A stretch of 64,000 nt of DNA from Mayamaea pseudoterrestris (lineage: Eukaryota): contig BROI01000001.1 of assembly GCA_027923505.1 (NCBI GenBank), positions 1,054,001 to 1,118,000 on the forward strand, written 5' to 3'. Below are positions 45,403 through 54,685 of the stretch, in pieces. The notes beneath the pieces are model-generated. The model did no database searches, had not been told where the DNA came from, and worked only from the letters and a program-made list of their open reading frames with translations. Both the position numbers and the translations under genes were made by a program. Position 1 is the first letter of the stretch, and every line of letters begins with the position of its first letter.

Positions 45403-47661
45403 ATGACAATCGAAGAAGACGACAAGGACGAGCAGGATGCATCGTTTCCTCGACATCATTCGCTGCAGCACCAGCAGCAGGAGGAACCGCCGACGCGTCG
45501 AGTCATTTCGGCTAGCAAAAGTCGGCGCGAGTTGATGCGACAAGTTTCAGGCCTTGGCATGGAGGACCCCGTATTTGACAAGGATCGCGACATTCAGAAA
45601 GTTCTACAGGAACGAAACATATTTGCGGATGATCCAAAGGCAAATTTGGATTTTAGCGTTGACAATGTCAATGGCGACGCGACATTGAGTGTGGCGAGTG
45701 ACAAGACGGCCAATGTACACGAAGGAAATGGTCTCAATCTGCGCCAGTTCCATGAGTCACTGTCAGCTCAAGATTCTATCATTTTTGGGGCGGCGCCGAA
45801 ACCATTACACGCCGACGACGACGCCGCTGGAATGGATAGGAAGCAGCATGACGATTTGCCCAGCAAGCACAGTGAGGAAATTCGCGTCAAGAAGTCAAAT
45901 TCGAAATCCAAATCATCCAAGGACAAGTCTACGTCTTCTTTAAGGAGCAGCAAGTCGCCAAGTCGAAAGACCAGCAGATTGGGCAGCAGAAGAACGCCGA
46001 AAACGAAGGATGCTGTTTCATCATCCGACTTGAACATGTCAACGCAGTCGTTGGATTTGGATCAAATACTTCAAATGGAGAAATTGGAGCACTCAACGAG
46101 AGCATCTGCCTCAGAGAAGCCGCAGTCTCATAATGTCACGATTGGAAAGTCGGGGCGCTCTTCCTCGAGGCCCTCCGCTAGCATGAGTCAGCTGCAGCAT
46201 AGTAAGTCAAGTCTCAACCAGTCCAAATCGACCATTACAAAATCCAAGCATTCCACAGGTGGCGGCGAGCAACGCAAATCATCGAGTACCAAACCTGGCA
46301 AGAGCAGCAGCAGTAGTAAGGACAAATCCCGGTCAAAAAAGGCTCAGCAGCCGGTGGACTCGGAGATGGATCAGCTAATTCGCGAAGCCGCACTTGCGTA
46401 TAACCCAAGCAATTCAAAGGACAATGACTTACTGTTTGAAGCCTTGCAAAGCTCACACACTAGTCTCGACGCTGTCAACTTGTTGTCTCTGGATGATAAG
46501 CAGGGGAGTTTGCGGAGTTTTGTGGATGGTAGCTTGTTGCAGCAACACCAGCAAGAGAGCAATACACCTTACTTTGAGAATCGACGCTCTCCGACAATCT
46601 CCATCGGAAAGACAAAAGTGTCGAAGGGTCACCGAGCAATGCCTGACATGCAGCAAATTTTTCAAACGCCAATCGCCGACGAAACTCCAGAGTCGTCAAT
46701 TGACAGGCAGCAATTATCCGTTCCAGAGCAACGCAGCGCCACCATCAAAGCGCTCGTCTCCACGTCACATCAAAAACGCAATAGCCCTGCCGGTAAAGCC
46801 TCCTTGTCCATTGTTAGCGACAATGCCGACTCTCACAAGGTGGCACGTCCCACGAAGTTACCTGAACGCGTCAATTTACTGGATCTGAGTGCAAGTCCGA
46901 CCAAACGAAGCAAGAGTAAAAAGACCAACAAACTGAGCAGCAGCTTCAACGCCATTTCGAAGAAGAACAGCATTTCGGAAGCAACAACTGCATCATCATC
47001 TGCACCATTGGATGAAAGTCCGCAAAGCCTTGCGTCGTCGTCCACAAGTTTGGATATGAGCGCCATCGATCAAGCCACTCCTGGCCGAGCTCGTCGTCTG
47101 TTAAACTCTTTGCACATGTCGTCGCACTTTGGCCGAGCCGACGTGTCGCAGTCACCCGCTCGTCAACGAGGGTCCAGTCGCTCTCAGAGTCGAGGTCGGA
47201 GTCGACTGATGAATTCTGTCAACAACATGTCGGCACACTTTGGGCGAGCCGACGTTTCGGAATCACCGGCCCGACAGCGACGATCGTTGAGTCGGTCACT
47301 GAGCCGTGGGCGACGGCTGAATCGACCAAGCGAAGAAATTAAGTCTCCCTCGCCGCGAAGCAACGGCAAACTGAAAGGCTTGCTTGGACGTTTGAAAGAT
47401 GATGATGATGTTGCTCCAAGACGCAAGGGCAAGGGAATATTCAACAAGAGTTTTTCCTCCTTGAAAAACTCTCCTGGCAATGGCTCCAATCATGGCATTT
47501 CGCTTCGAAGTACTCCTGGTTTGAACGTTCGAAATGGCTTGGCGATAAAGCTCCCATCACCGCCGCAGCCACAAAAAGATCCTGACATGGAATCTCCTCG
47601 TTCCCAGAGGAGAACGCTGATGGTCGGTCTCCAGGCGAAAGCTAGTCTGGTAGAATTGTAG
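45403..47661 (+). CDS. Hypothetical Ser/Lys/Arg-rich disordered protein (paralog C) with an internal duplicated motif
   Basis: 752 aa from the ATG at 45403; MSxHFGRADVSxSPARQR occurs twice (47116 and 47227). Confidence 0.8.
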   Translation: MTIEEDDKDEQDASFPRHHSLQHQQQEEPPTRRVISASKSRRELMRQVSGLGMEDPVFDKDRDIQKVLQERNIFADDPKANLDFSVDNVNGDATLSVASDKTANVHEGNGLNLRQFHESLSAQDSIIFGAAPKPLHADDDAAGMDRKQHDDLPSKHSEEIRVKKSNSKSKSSKDKSTSSLRSSKSPSRKTSRLGSRRTPKTKDAVSSSDLNMSTQSLDLDQILQMEKLEHSTRASASEKPQSHNVTIGKSGRSSSRPSASMSQLQHSKSSLNQSKSTITKSKHSTGGGEQRKSSSTKPGKSSSSSKDKSRSKKAQQPVDSEMDQLIREAALAYNPSNSKDNDLLFEALQSSHTSLDAVNLLSLDDKQGSLRSFVDGSLLQQHQQESNTPYFENRRSPTISIGKTKVSKGHRAMPDMQQIFQTPIADETPESSIDRQQLSVPEQRSATIKALVSTSHQKRNSPAGKASLSIVSDNADSHKVARPTKLPERVNLLDLSASPTKRSKSKKTNKLSSSFNAISKKNSISEATTASSSAPLDESPQSLASSSTSLDMSAIDQATPGRARRLLNSLHMSSHFGRADVSQSPARQRGSSRSQSRGRSRLMNSVNNMSAHFGRADVSESPARQRRSLSRSLSRGRRLNRPSEEIKSPSPRSNGKLKGLLGRLKDDDDVAPRRKGKGIFNKSFSSLKNSPGNGSNHGISLRSTPGLNVRNGLAIKLPSPPQPQKDPDMESPRSQRRTLMVGLQAKASLVEL

Positions 47662-47730
47662 AAGATATTTTGTACTGTAATGTTGTTCATGTAATTGTAA
47701 TAGAATATATGCATAAGTCATGGCATTACA

Positions 47731-48302
47731 CTACACTGTTCTGTGCTCCACCAGTGGAACGGAGCCAATCAGTTTCCATTCCGGTACGTATTCAACCGAC
47801 AATGGATAGGTGCACCACAATTCGACGCGAGATGCTGTGAACGTGTTTGGTGCAACCTCAATTTCCTGCTCTGCTGGTATGTCAATTGTTCCATAGAAGA
47901 GCGACAAGTGTGGCTTTAAAACGGGAGCAGGAAACACACTGACTGGTGTCGATGACAACGGCTCCAAAATGTCTTGGCATAGTTGAACAAGTCTATTCAG
48001 TTCATGCGACTCGTTGACGACGAGAATGGCTGCTTGACTCCAAACTGGTGCAAAGCATGCCGGTCTGCTACTTGACAAAGAATTGATCCGAAACCATGAA
48101 GTCCTTCCGTCAGATGATCCTGCAATTCTTGTAGTTTGTCGGTATTACAAGTGATGTTTCCTACCAGGGTGACGTGCGGTTCAAACAAGGGCGCTGGATG
48201 ATTGTTTGGACGTTGCGAAAGGCGAAGGATTTGTTCCTTGTACAGGCTGTCTGCTGGATCGTCTGGTCGTAGCCACAATGAGAGCTTGATAGTTTCAGTC
48301 AT
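47731..48302 (-). pseudogene. 2H cyclic phosphodiesterase (CPDase-like) split by a frameshift near 48050-48078
   Basis: First HxT motif (FEPHVTL) is in ORF 48302-47997; second HxS motif (LKPHLSLFYG) is in ORF 48078-47731, in the -1 frame. Confidence 0.75.
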
Positions 48303-48776
48303 TGCAAACCTATTCCTCTGAAAGTCATTGAGAGGTCTGTTGCTGATATTCCTTAAACGAAAGGAGGATAAACGAAGCCCGTTCCTTCGATTCGTCCCCG
48401 CCTACCTCGTCGCAGCCGACTCGCGATATCTCACGCTTCGCTTGCTTACTGTGAGTCCGTTACTCTCTACTTGTCGAAATAATGATGAGCAAGCACTACT
48501 AAATTAAAGAGTCAATGATTAAACGAGCCAGCCAAGGTTCGCTCGTCTGTTAGCTGCATTCAACAGCTTGGACTTTTCGTCGAAGAATTTTTGGTGAGGT
48601 GCGACTGAACGCATTGTGGGCTAAACTTTTCAAATATGACGTCATGCTCATTTTTTTGAAATCGAAAGATTGCAATCAGCGAACGTCTCACATTTCGCAA
48701 CTAAGTCGTCGTGGTCTTTTTGGTTGTAGTCGCTACAAAGTCGACCAATAAAGACCTAAGTCGCCTCTGAGACGGA

Positions 48777-50639
48777 ATGAGTGAGCGAACAGAAATCGTC
48801 CTTCTTGATCATGCTTCTGGGAATGGGCACGACTGGGCGAACACCTCCATTGAAACGTTCCTGGACGAACAGTTCCCGGCAGCACCAACATCAAGCAACG
48901 GTGAGAACTCTTCCGTCTCTTCAGCAGTCAGTACATTGGTGCTTTGCCATGACCTTCTGTCAGCCTTGTGCCATGCGGGACGCAGCCACCAGCAGCGATT
49001 CCTGGACGCGATCCGACGCTGCCCCAATGTGGTCAAAGTTTTACTCAAAATGGATGACATCCCAACAGAAGAGGCCGGTGACACTACAAGTGACGATATG
49101 ATACCCATTTACATAGAGCTTGGACAAGCTTTAGGAGCAATGGTGGAGCTGGAGACATTGGGAGTTGTGCTGGTCGATCTCACAATGATAAATCTCATTG
49201 CGCACCTACTCATCGGCGTCAAGCAGATATCGCGGCTTGAATGGACGTGTCGCATGACTCATAACAATGATGCTGCAAACGAAGCCACTTCTACCCATTT
49301 CCTTCTCGATTGCTTGAAGATTCATGAGAATCTTTTCAGCGTCAAGGTTGACGCAGCTTCAGAGCAAGGCATGGCAGTTGCGTGCGAAATGTTTGCCCAA
49401 GCACCAAACCTCGTTGAGTGTGAATTTGGGAGCTCAACGTGGACGAATCTCAGTCTATCCAGACCAAATCATGTTGAAGCACTTGTTCGAGTCATGGCCA
49501 GCCCGTTTGTCATTGACGTGAGGTTACGAATGATATCCATGACAACCGAGACTGCTGCCGATGCGTTTTGTACAAGTCTGGCAACAATAACTCTAGGAAG
49601 CTTGACGCTTACCAAGCTTGCTGTGCCTGTCACTCGGCAGAGGCTCTATGGCCAGGCGCTTTCCAAGGCTAGTCTCTTGAGGATAGCCTATGAAGATTGC
49701 GTGGTTGATTCGGAGCTCCTTGTTGGAATGGCCGACGCGTTTCATTGTAACCAGACGTTGGAGATCATTGATTTTGGACAGTGCCGTATGCACAACAATG
49801 AGTCACATGGGCTGGTTTCTTTGCTTCGACAAGTGGCACGGTCGAGCAATCTGAAAACCTTGTGTCCTCCAACGTGTACGTGGACCAGACCCTTGGATGC
49901 AGCATGGGGCAATTGCCTTCAACATGGATCACTGCGAAAAGCACGGATAGTAGGCCGGAATGATGGAATTGCAGGTGAGCCATTCACCGACGTGGCCAAT
50001 GCGATCAGTCAGAGTAAGACACTAGACTCTTTGCACTTTGATGTTTCCAATGTCCATGACAAGGATTACGGTGTCGTCGCCGACGCAGTCGGTGCCTGCA
50101 CTTCGCTTAAATGTTTGACTGTCTGCTTCCATCAGTGGACGGCCGATAGCCTTATCAGCGTTCTGCACAAAATTCGCAACAACAAGAACTTAAAGAGCTT
50201 GACGTTTGAGGTTGACTACTTTTTGCAACCTCGCGTGAATTCTTACGCAGCCGTCGCCGCCATTGTCGAGGTGGCCAAGAAGTGTTTTCACCTGACTACC
50301 TTGCGCTTGGTGAGTCACGACGAACTCTGTGATCCTCTGGAATGGGAACTGAACCGAAGTTTGAGTTTGATAACTAGACTGAACGAAGCCGGCCGAAAGT
50401 ATCTCCTAGAAAAGCAAGTCTATAGGGGAGCTGGGCTAAGAGTGCTTGAAGCGGTCAACGACGACTTGAGCTGTATATTTCTACACATGACCGAGAATCC
50501 GCAGCTATGCGAGATAGGCGGGACATGCCACAACAAAGTGGCAGCCAGCGATGAACCGGAGCGCTCTCAGCGTCAAACACGCAAGGCTTTATGCGGCGCT
50601 TTCAGTCTGCTTGGTTTACTCTTGAATGTAAATAGATAA
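48777..50639 (+). CDS. RNI-like leucine-rich-repeat protein of a diatom-expanded type
   Basis: Repeated NxTLxxLxL-type units; C-terminal RLNEAGRKYLL...VLEAVNDDLSCIFLHMTENPQLC cap. Confidence 0.8.
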   Translation: MSERTEIVLLDHASGNGHDWANTSIETFLDEQFPAAPTSSNGENSSVSSAVSTLVLCHDLLSALCHAGRSHQQRFLDAIRRCPNVVKVLLKMDDIPTEEAGDTTSDDMIPIYIELGQALGAMVELETLGVVLVDLTMINLIAHLLIGVKQISRLEWTCRMTHNNDAANEATSTHFLLDCLKIHENLFSVKVDAASEQGMAVACEMFAQAPNLVECEFGSSTWTNLSLSRPNHVEALVRVMASPFVIDVRLRMISMTTETAADAFCTSLATITLGSLTLTKLAVPVTRQRLYGQALSKASLLRIAYEDCVVDSELLVGMADAFHCNQTLEIIDFGQCRMHNNESHGLVSLLRQVARSSNLKTLCPPTCTWTRPLDAAWGNCLQHGSLRKARIVGRNDGIAGEPFTDVANAISQSKTLDSLHFDVSNVHDKDYGVVADAVGACTSLKCLTVCFHQWTADSLISVLHKIRNNKNLKSLTFEVDYFLQPRVNSYAAVAAIVEVAKKCFHLTTLRLVSHDELCDPLEWELNRSLSLITRLNEAGRKYLLEKQVYRGAGLRVLEAVNDDLSCIFLHMTENPQLCEIGGTCHNKVAASDEPERSQRQTRKALCGAFSLLGLLLNVNR

Positions 50640-50845
50640 CGAATATCGTTGGACTCGACTATACCGACATGTTAGGTTAAAGAAACCTCAGCTACTTCTT
50701 GTAGTACAGGTTCGTGGTGTCGCACCACCAACGATTTGAGCCGATGCGACATGCGCCAAAATTTTCGCGACCATCCAACATCCATCATTCCATCATCAGC
50801 CGACAAGTAGTAGTCATAGTCTCACTCCCAAGTACAGAGTCGACC

Positions 50846-52282
50846 ATGGAAGCTCTCTCCCCCAATTCGTACGCTGTCATGGTCACCAAGCTCCATGCCG
50901 AGCGCGTTTCTCGGTTCTTGCTGGGCAAAGATTCTCATTTTGCTCTTGAGGATCAGCAACAGTCGTCCGACGACAAGGGTTTTGCCTCCTCGGGATCCAA
51001 ACGAACTCGTAATGCTGATGATGACGAAGCAGACCAGGAATCATATTTTTATTCGAACGATGATAACATTAAGCTACTCGACGATCCTGCCTTGACGGGT
51101 GTCAGTCGCGCGAGACGAGGATACTTTTTGTTGCTCGTCAAAAATGCGCAAAACTCGATTGCGTCCATGTCACCCATGGGACGGCAAAACATTTCCTTCA
51201 TTGGACGTTTAACTCATTCAATGCAGCGACTGAATGAAACTGCAATTGCTGCGACGAACCCAGCTAAGGAAGGAGGAATTGCGACTACCGACTCTACAAT
51301 GACCAGCATATGGAACGTGATTGTTGAAGGCGGATTTGACTTGACCAAACACTGCCTTCGGATTGAGTGCCACCCACGCAACCAATTAGATTACATTTGC
51401 GACCATCTTGACCATGCTGTCTCACAACGAAAGAAAGAGAGCAATGACACGCTATCGAATGACAATGACCAGCTAATACAATTCACTGCATCAAGATCAA
51501 AATGCACACATCGACTGACCATTATACTGCTACCAACGCGAGTGTACTGGGGCCTTGAAAACACTCAAGACCATTCTGACATAATGAACGCTCCACTGAA
51601 CGATCGAGCCAATGCAGAGATTACCACGACGCCTTGCAATCCCGAAAACGAAGAGGATTTTACTGACAATCTTGATGCTGCCACGCCACTTTCACGCGCC
51701 TACTACAAGCTCCAAGAAGTTTGGACCGACTATGGTTTGCGCGAGAACAGCGAGAAACTGCAGCTACATAGCGGCGGCGGGTCCGGTCTTGACATTGGAG
51801 CGTCACCCGGTGGCTGGACGCAGGTCATGGTTAACTCCATGAACTTATCCAATGTCGTTGCTTTAGATCCAGCGCGACTGGCGAAGCGAGTAATCGGCTT
51901 GCCCCAAGTGACGCATGTACCAAGTCGGCTAGACGACGAGTCTGTGGATTTGAGCAAGCATGGTCCCTTTCGCATTGTGGTGTGCGACGCTAGTGTTTTG
52001 TGGCACACGTTGCTTGACGTCTTACTACAGAGTTTTGCACGGATCAACGCCACATGGACCGCGCCTGTGACGTTTGTTGTGACCATGAAGTTACCGTTCA
52101 AGACGTTGCAAAGCATTCAGCGACAGATACGGCAAATGAAAGAGCGGGTACCCACGTTTGCGGAGGGATTGGCAAAAATACTCTTCCCAAAACGAAGTGT
52201 TCGATGCCGCCATCGACTGTTGCATCTCATGGCCAATTCAGACAGCGAGCGAACACTGATAGTATTCTTCATGGAACGCTAA
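50846..52282 (+). CDS. FtsJ/RlmM-like RNA 2'-O-methyltransferase
   Basis: SRAYYKLQE, LDIGASPGGWT, VALDP, VVCDAS, TMKLP and SERTL give the K-D-K-E tetrad. Confidence 0.87.
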   Translation: MEALSPNSYAVMVTKLHAERVSRFLLGKDSHFALEDQQQSSDDKGFASSGSKRTRNADDDEADQESYFYSNDDNIKLLDDPALTGVSRARRGYFLLLVKNAQNSIASMSPMGRQNISFIGRLTHSMQRLNETAIAATNPAKEGGIATTDSTMTSIWNVIVEGGFDLTKHCLRIECHPRNQLDYICDHLDHAVSQRKKESNDTLSNDNDQLIQFTASRSKCTHRLTIILLPTRVYWGLENTQDHSDIMNAPLNDRANAEITTTPCNPENEEDFTDNLDAATPLSRAYYKLQEVWTDYGLRENSEKLQLHSGGGSGLDIGASPGGWTQVMVNSMNLSNVVALDPARLAKRVIGLPQVTHVPSRLDDESVDLSKHGPFRIVVCDASVLWHTLLDVLLQSFARINATWTAPVTFVVTMKLPFKTLQSIQRQIRQMKERVPTFAEGLAKILFPKRSVRCRHRLLHLMANSDSERTLIVFFMER

Positions 52283-52513
52283 GCAATGATATGAATAGCT
52301 GGCAAAGTTTCTTTGTAGGCGTTAGTAGCCAGCAGCGCTCATGTTAGCTACAAGCTGATCTTTAACATATGCTACACGGTAGGCAACGCGTGGATGTTAC
52401 CCGAACATCCTTACATTAATCTCTGTGCGGCTATTGATTCGCTCGAACTGTAATTTAGTCTTTTGCAATGCAATGGTGGTGTATAAGATAAAGACTATAT
52501 ATTTTAGTTTGTT

Positions 52514-53332
52514 TTACAAAAACATCATGCTTTCCAATGTCTCAATCTCAGTGCTTGCGGTCTCGTCCTCATCTTCCTCTTGTAGTGCCTTGACGGCGGC
52601 ACGAATATCTGAGATGTTGAGCTCCTTGCCATAGTCTTCTTCGTACGCATACCGAAGCTTGTTTCCTTTAAAAATTAGAAGGCCGCCTTGAAGGAAAACG
52701 TCACCGCCCTTTAAACGATTTTCAATTCCTTTTTTGGCCCAACGCCCTTTGTTTCCCAAAAAGCCCTTTATAAGCTTTAGAGGAGACAGCTTGCGATTGC
52801 CCATAGCTTTGTAGGTCAGCCACTTTTCGTCCTTGAAGATGGGGAAGTGGAAGTACTCACTGAAGAACGTGAGAATCCCTTGCTCCTCGACCCCGGTTTC
52901 CTTGACGATCGCCCAGAATGCGACGCTTTTATCTTCCAAATATAAATTCGTTAGTTGGTTTCCGTGCTCTCGACAACTGGAGCAGCCCGGGCGACGGACC
53001 ACAAACACAACGGATACTTTGGCTCGTGTGCCGTTTCCCAGTTTCGTCTCCTTCCTCAAGGCATACTTCAAAGGTATCGGATGCTTTTCTTTAACGACAC
53101 CAAACGTGCAATTGAGCGGAATGAGAGGGATTTGGCGCAAGTCTTTGGCGTTCTTGCGCAGGCTTTCGTTGAGTAACATGCGTTGGGGCACTCCAACAGA
53201 GTCAGTAGTGCTTTCTGTTTGGCGAGAGTGCTCACTGTCAACGAGCGTCTGCAGCCTCGTCTCTTTTAGAACGACTGGTTGATTGCAATCCTTCGCATTC
53301 GGACAAGAGAGCATGGTCAAGTGTTTGGTCAT
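52514..53332 (-). CDS. Peroxiredoxin-like 2 (AhpC/TSA_2, FAM213/SelU-like) protein
   Basis: VVFVVRRPGCSSCREH and GDVFLQGGLLIF. Start at 53332 or 53314. Confidence 0.85.
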   Translation of the reverse strand: MTKHLTMLSCPNAKDCNQPVVLKETRLQTLVDSEHSRQTESTTDSVGVPQRMLLNESLRKNAKDLRQIPLIPLNCTFGVVKEKHPIPLKYALRKETKLGNGTRAKVSVVFVVRRPGCSSCREHGNQLTNLYLEDKSVAFWAIVKETGVEEQGILTFFSEYFHFPIFKDEKWLTYKAMGNRKLSPLKLIKGFLGNKGRWAKKGIENRLKGGDVFLQGGLLIFKGNKLRYAYEEDYGKELNISDIRAAVKALQEEDEDETASTEIETLESMMFL

Positions 53333-54311
53333 GTTCAGCAACGATTAGAGTAAATACAACTGCGTAAAAAATGGGGTGGAGAAGGGATTTTGTGAGGAGA
53401 GTTGGCAATCGCCCACTAACAGTAAATCCTCCGACCCTGCCAGCACCGGCAGACATTGAGCCATTCAAAAATGTCCGTCGCGGAGAAACCATTACTTATG
53501 CCTTCGAGAAATGTATGACGTTCAAAAATGACTCATGGAAGCAGATGGGGCATATTGACACGTTCAACCGTGTCACTTCTAGTTCGCATTCGGTCGTACT
53601 TCACATTTTTCTCGACATCATTGTGGCAACTCCGATGATTGCTATCACCGCCGCCATGGCGATGACAGAAACAGAACCACTCGCTGGTGTGTGATGATCC
53701 TTGCTCGTCTGCAGTAGCTGCACTCACATTGCTGCTAGTAAACTATCAGTCAATCATCAGCAATTATGTCTTTCCGACTCAACTGACAGTGAGTGAAGTC
53801 CGTCTTTCTTTCTAATACTTTTGGGGCAACTCGCCATCGCTGTCGCCAACGCCACGGAGCCTGACCCAGACGCTGAGGATATATCTTGCGGGTGGAGCCA
53901 TCGTCCCGCGTTACAATCTGCCTAACCGATGAACGCTTATTGGCTCGTCATACTGCTTTGATTGGAAATGTTCCGCCGTTTCATGCACTGAATTTGCACG
54001 CTATTCGTGCGCGAACGAACTGAACATTAATAAATCGTCGCTCAAGATTATTTGGCTTATCATTCCAACCCATTTCTATCCAATAATCTTGCTGGTGCTT
54101 CATGCAAAGCCAACTTTGCAGCAAACTCACCTGAATTTCCCTGGAGATGATGACATGGAACGCAGCGACGGAGGTGGATCATCACCAGGCTTTGACGACA
54201 GCTTTAGAAAGACTTGGAAGAAGATTCTAAAAATCGCAACAAAGCTCAATCGTATCGGACGGAACTACTTTGTCGCGTACATGATGGCGGAAACTGCGGT
54301 TTTTAGTGCAA

Positions 54312-54368
54312 TTTGCGAGCATACATTCGTTCTTCGTTCACATCGACACTTTGCGAGCATACATTCGT
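54312..54368. repeat. 19-bp perfect direct repeat TTTGCGAGCATACATTCGT x2 with a 19-bp spacer
   Basis: Copies at 54312-54330 and 54350-54368. Confidence 0.85.
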
Positions 54369-54685
54369 AGATTATGATGGTGTTGACGTCACAAAAACCC
54401 TCAGACCAAGTATCAGAGCAAAACCACAATTAGTTGTAAGGCAGAGGGAGTAGCACGTGATCAAACACACCACGGAAACACTACAATATACTAATTTGTT
54501 TCCTATGTCAATTTTTTTTTAACTCTCCACTAATTTATTAACTGTACGATTGACGCTAGCTGCTGCATCATTCGCAGTGACAAGAGCCTCACTGGCGCCG
54601 AAAATCCTTGCGCGTGTTCAGGGTCAGTATAGCTTTGCAACTGAGGCTGAATTGACTTCCCTTTACTTTCGTGGTCACGAAATTG

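Noticed and set aside
52940..53010. Selenoprotein (SelU) recoding
   Set aside because: The motif is CSSC encoded by Cys codons, with no in-frame TGA.
53371..54370. Several 60-110-aa ORFs upstream of PRXL2
   Set aside because: No motifs, and an in-frame stop prevents joining them to the PRXL2 frame.
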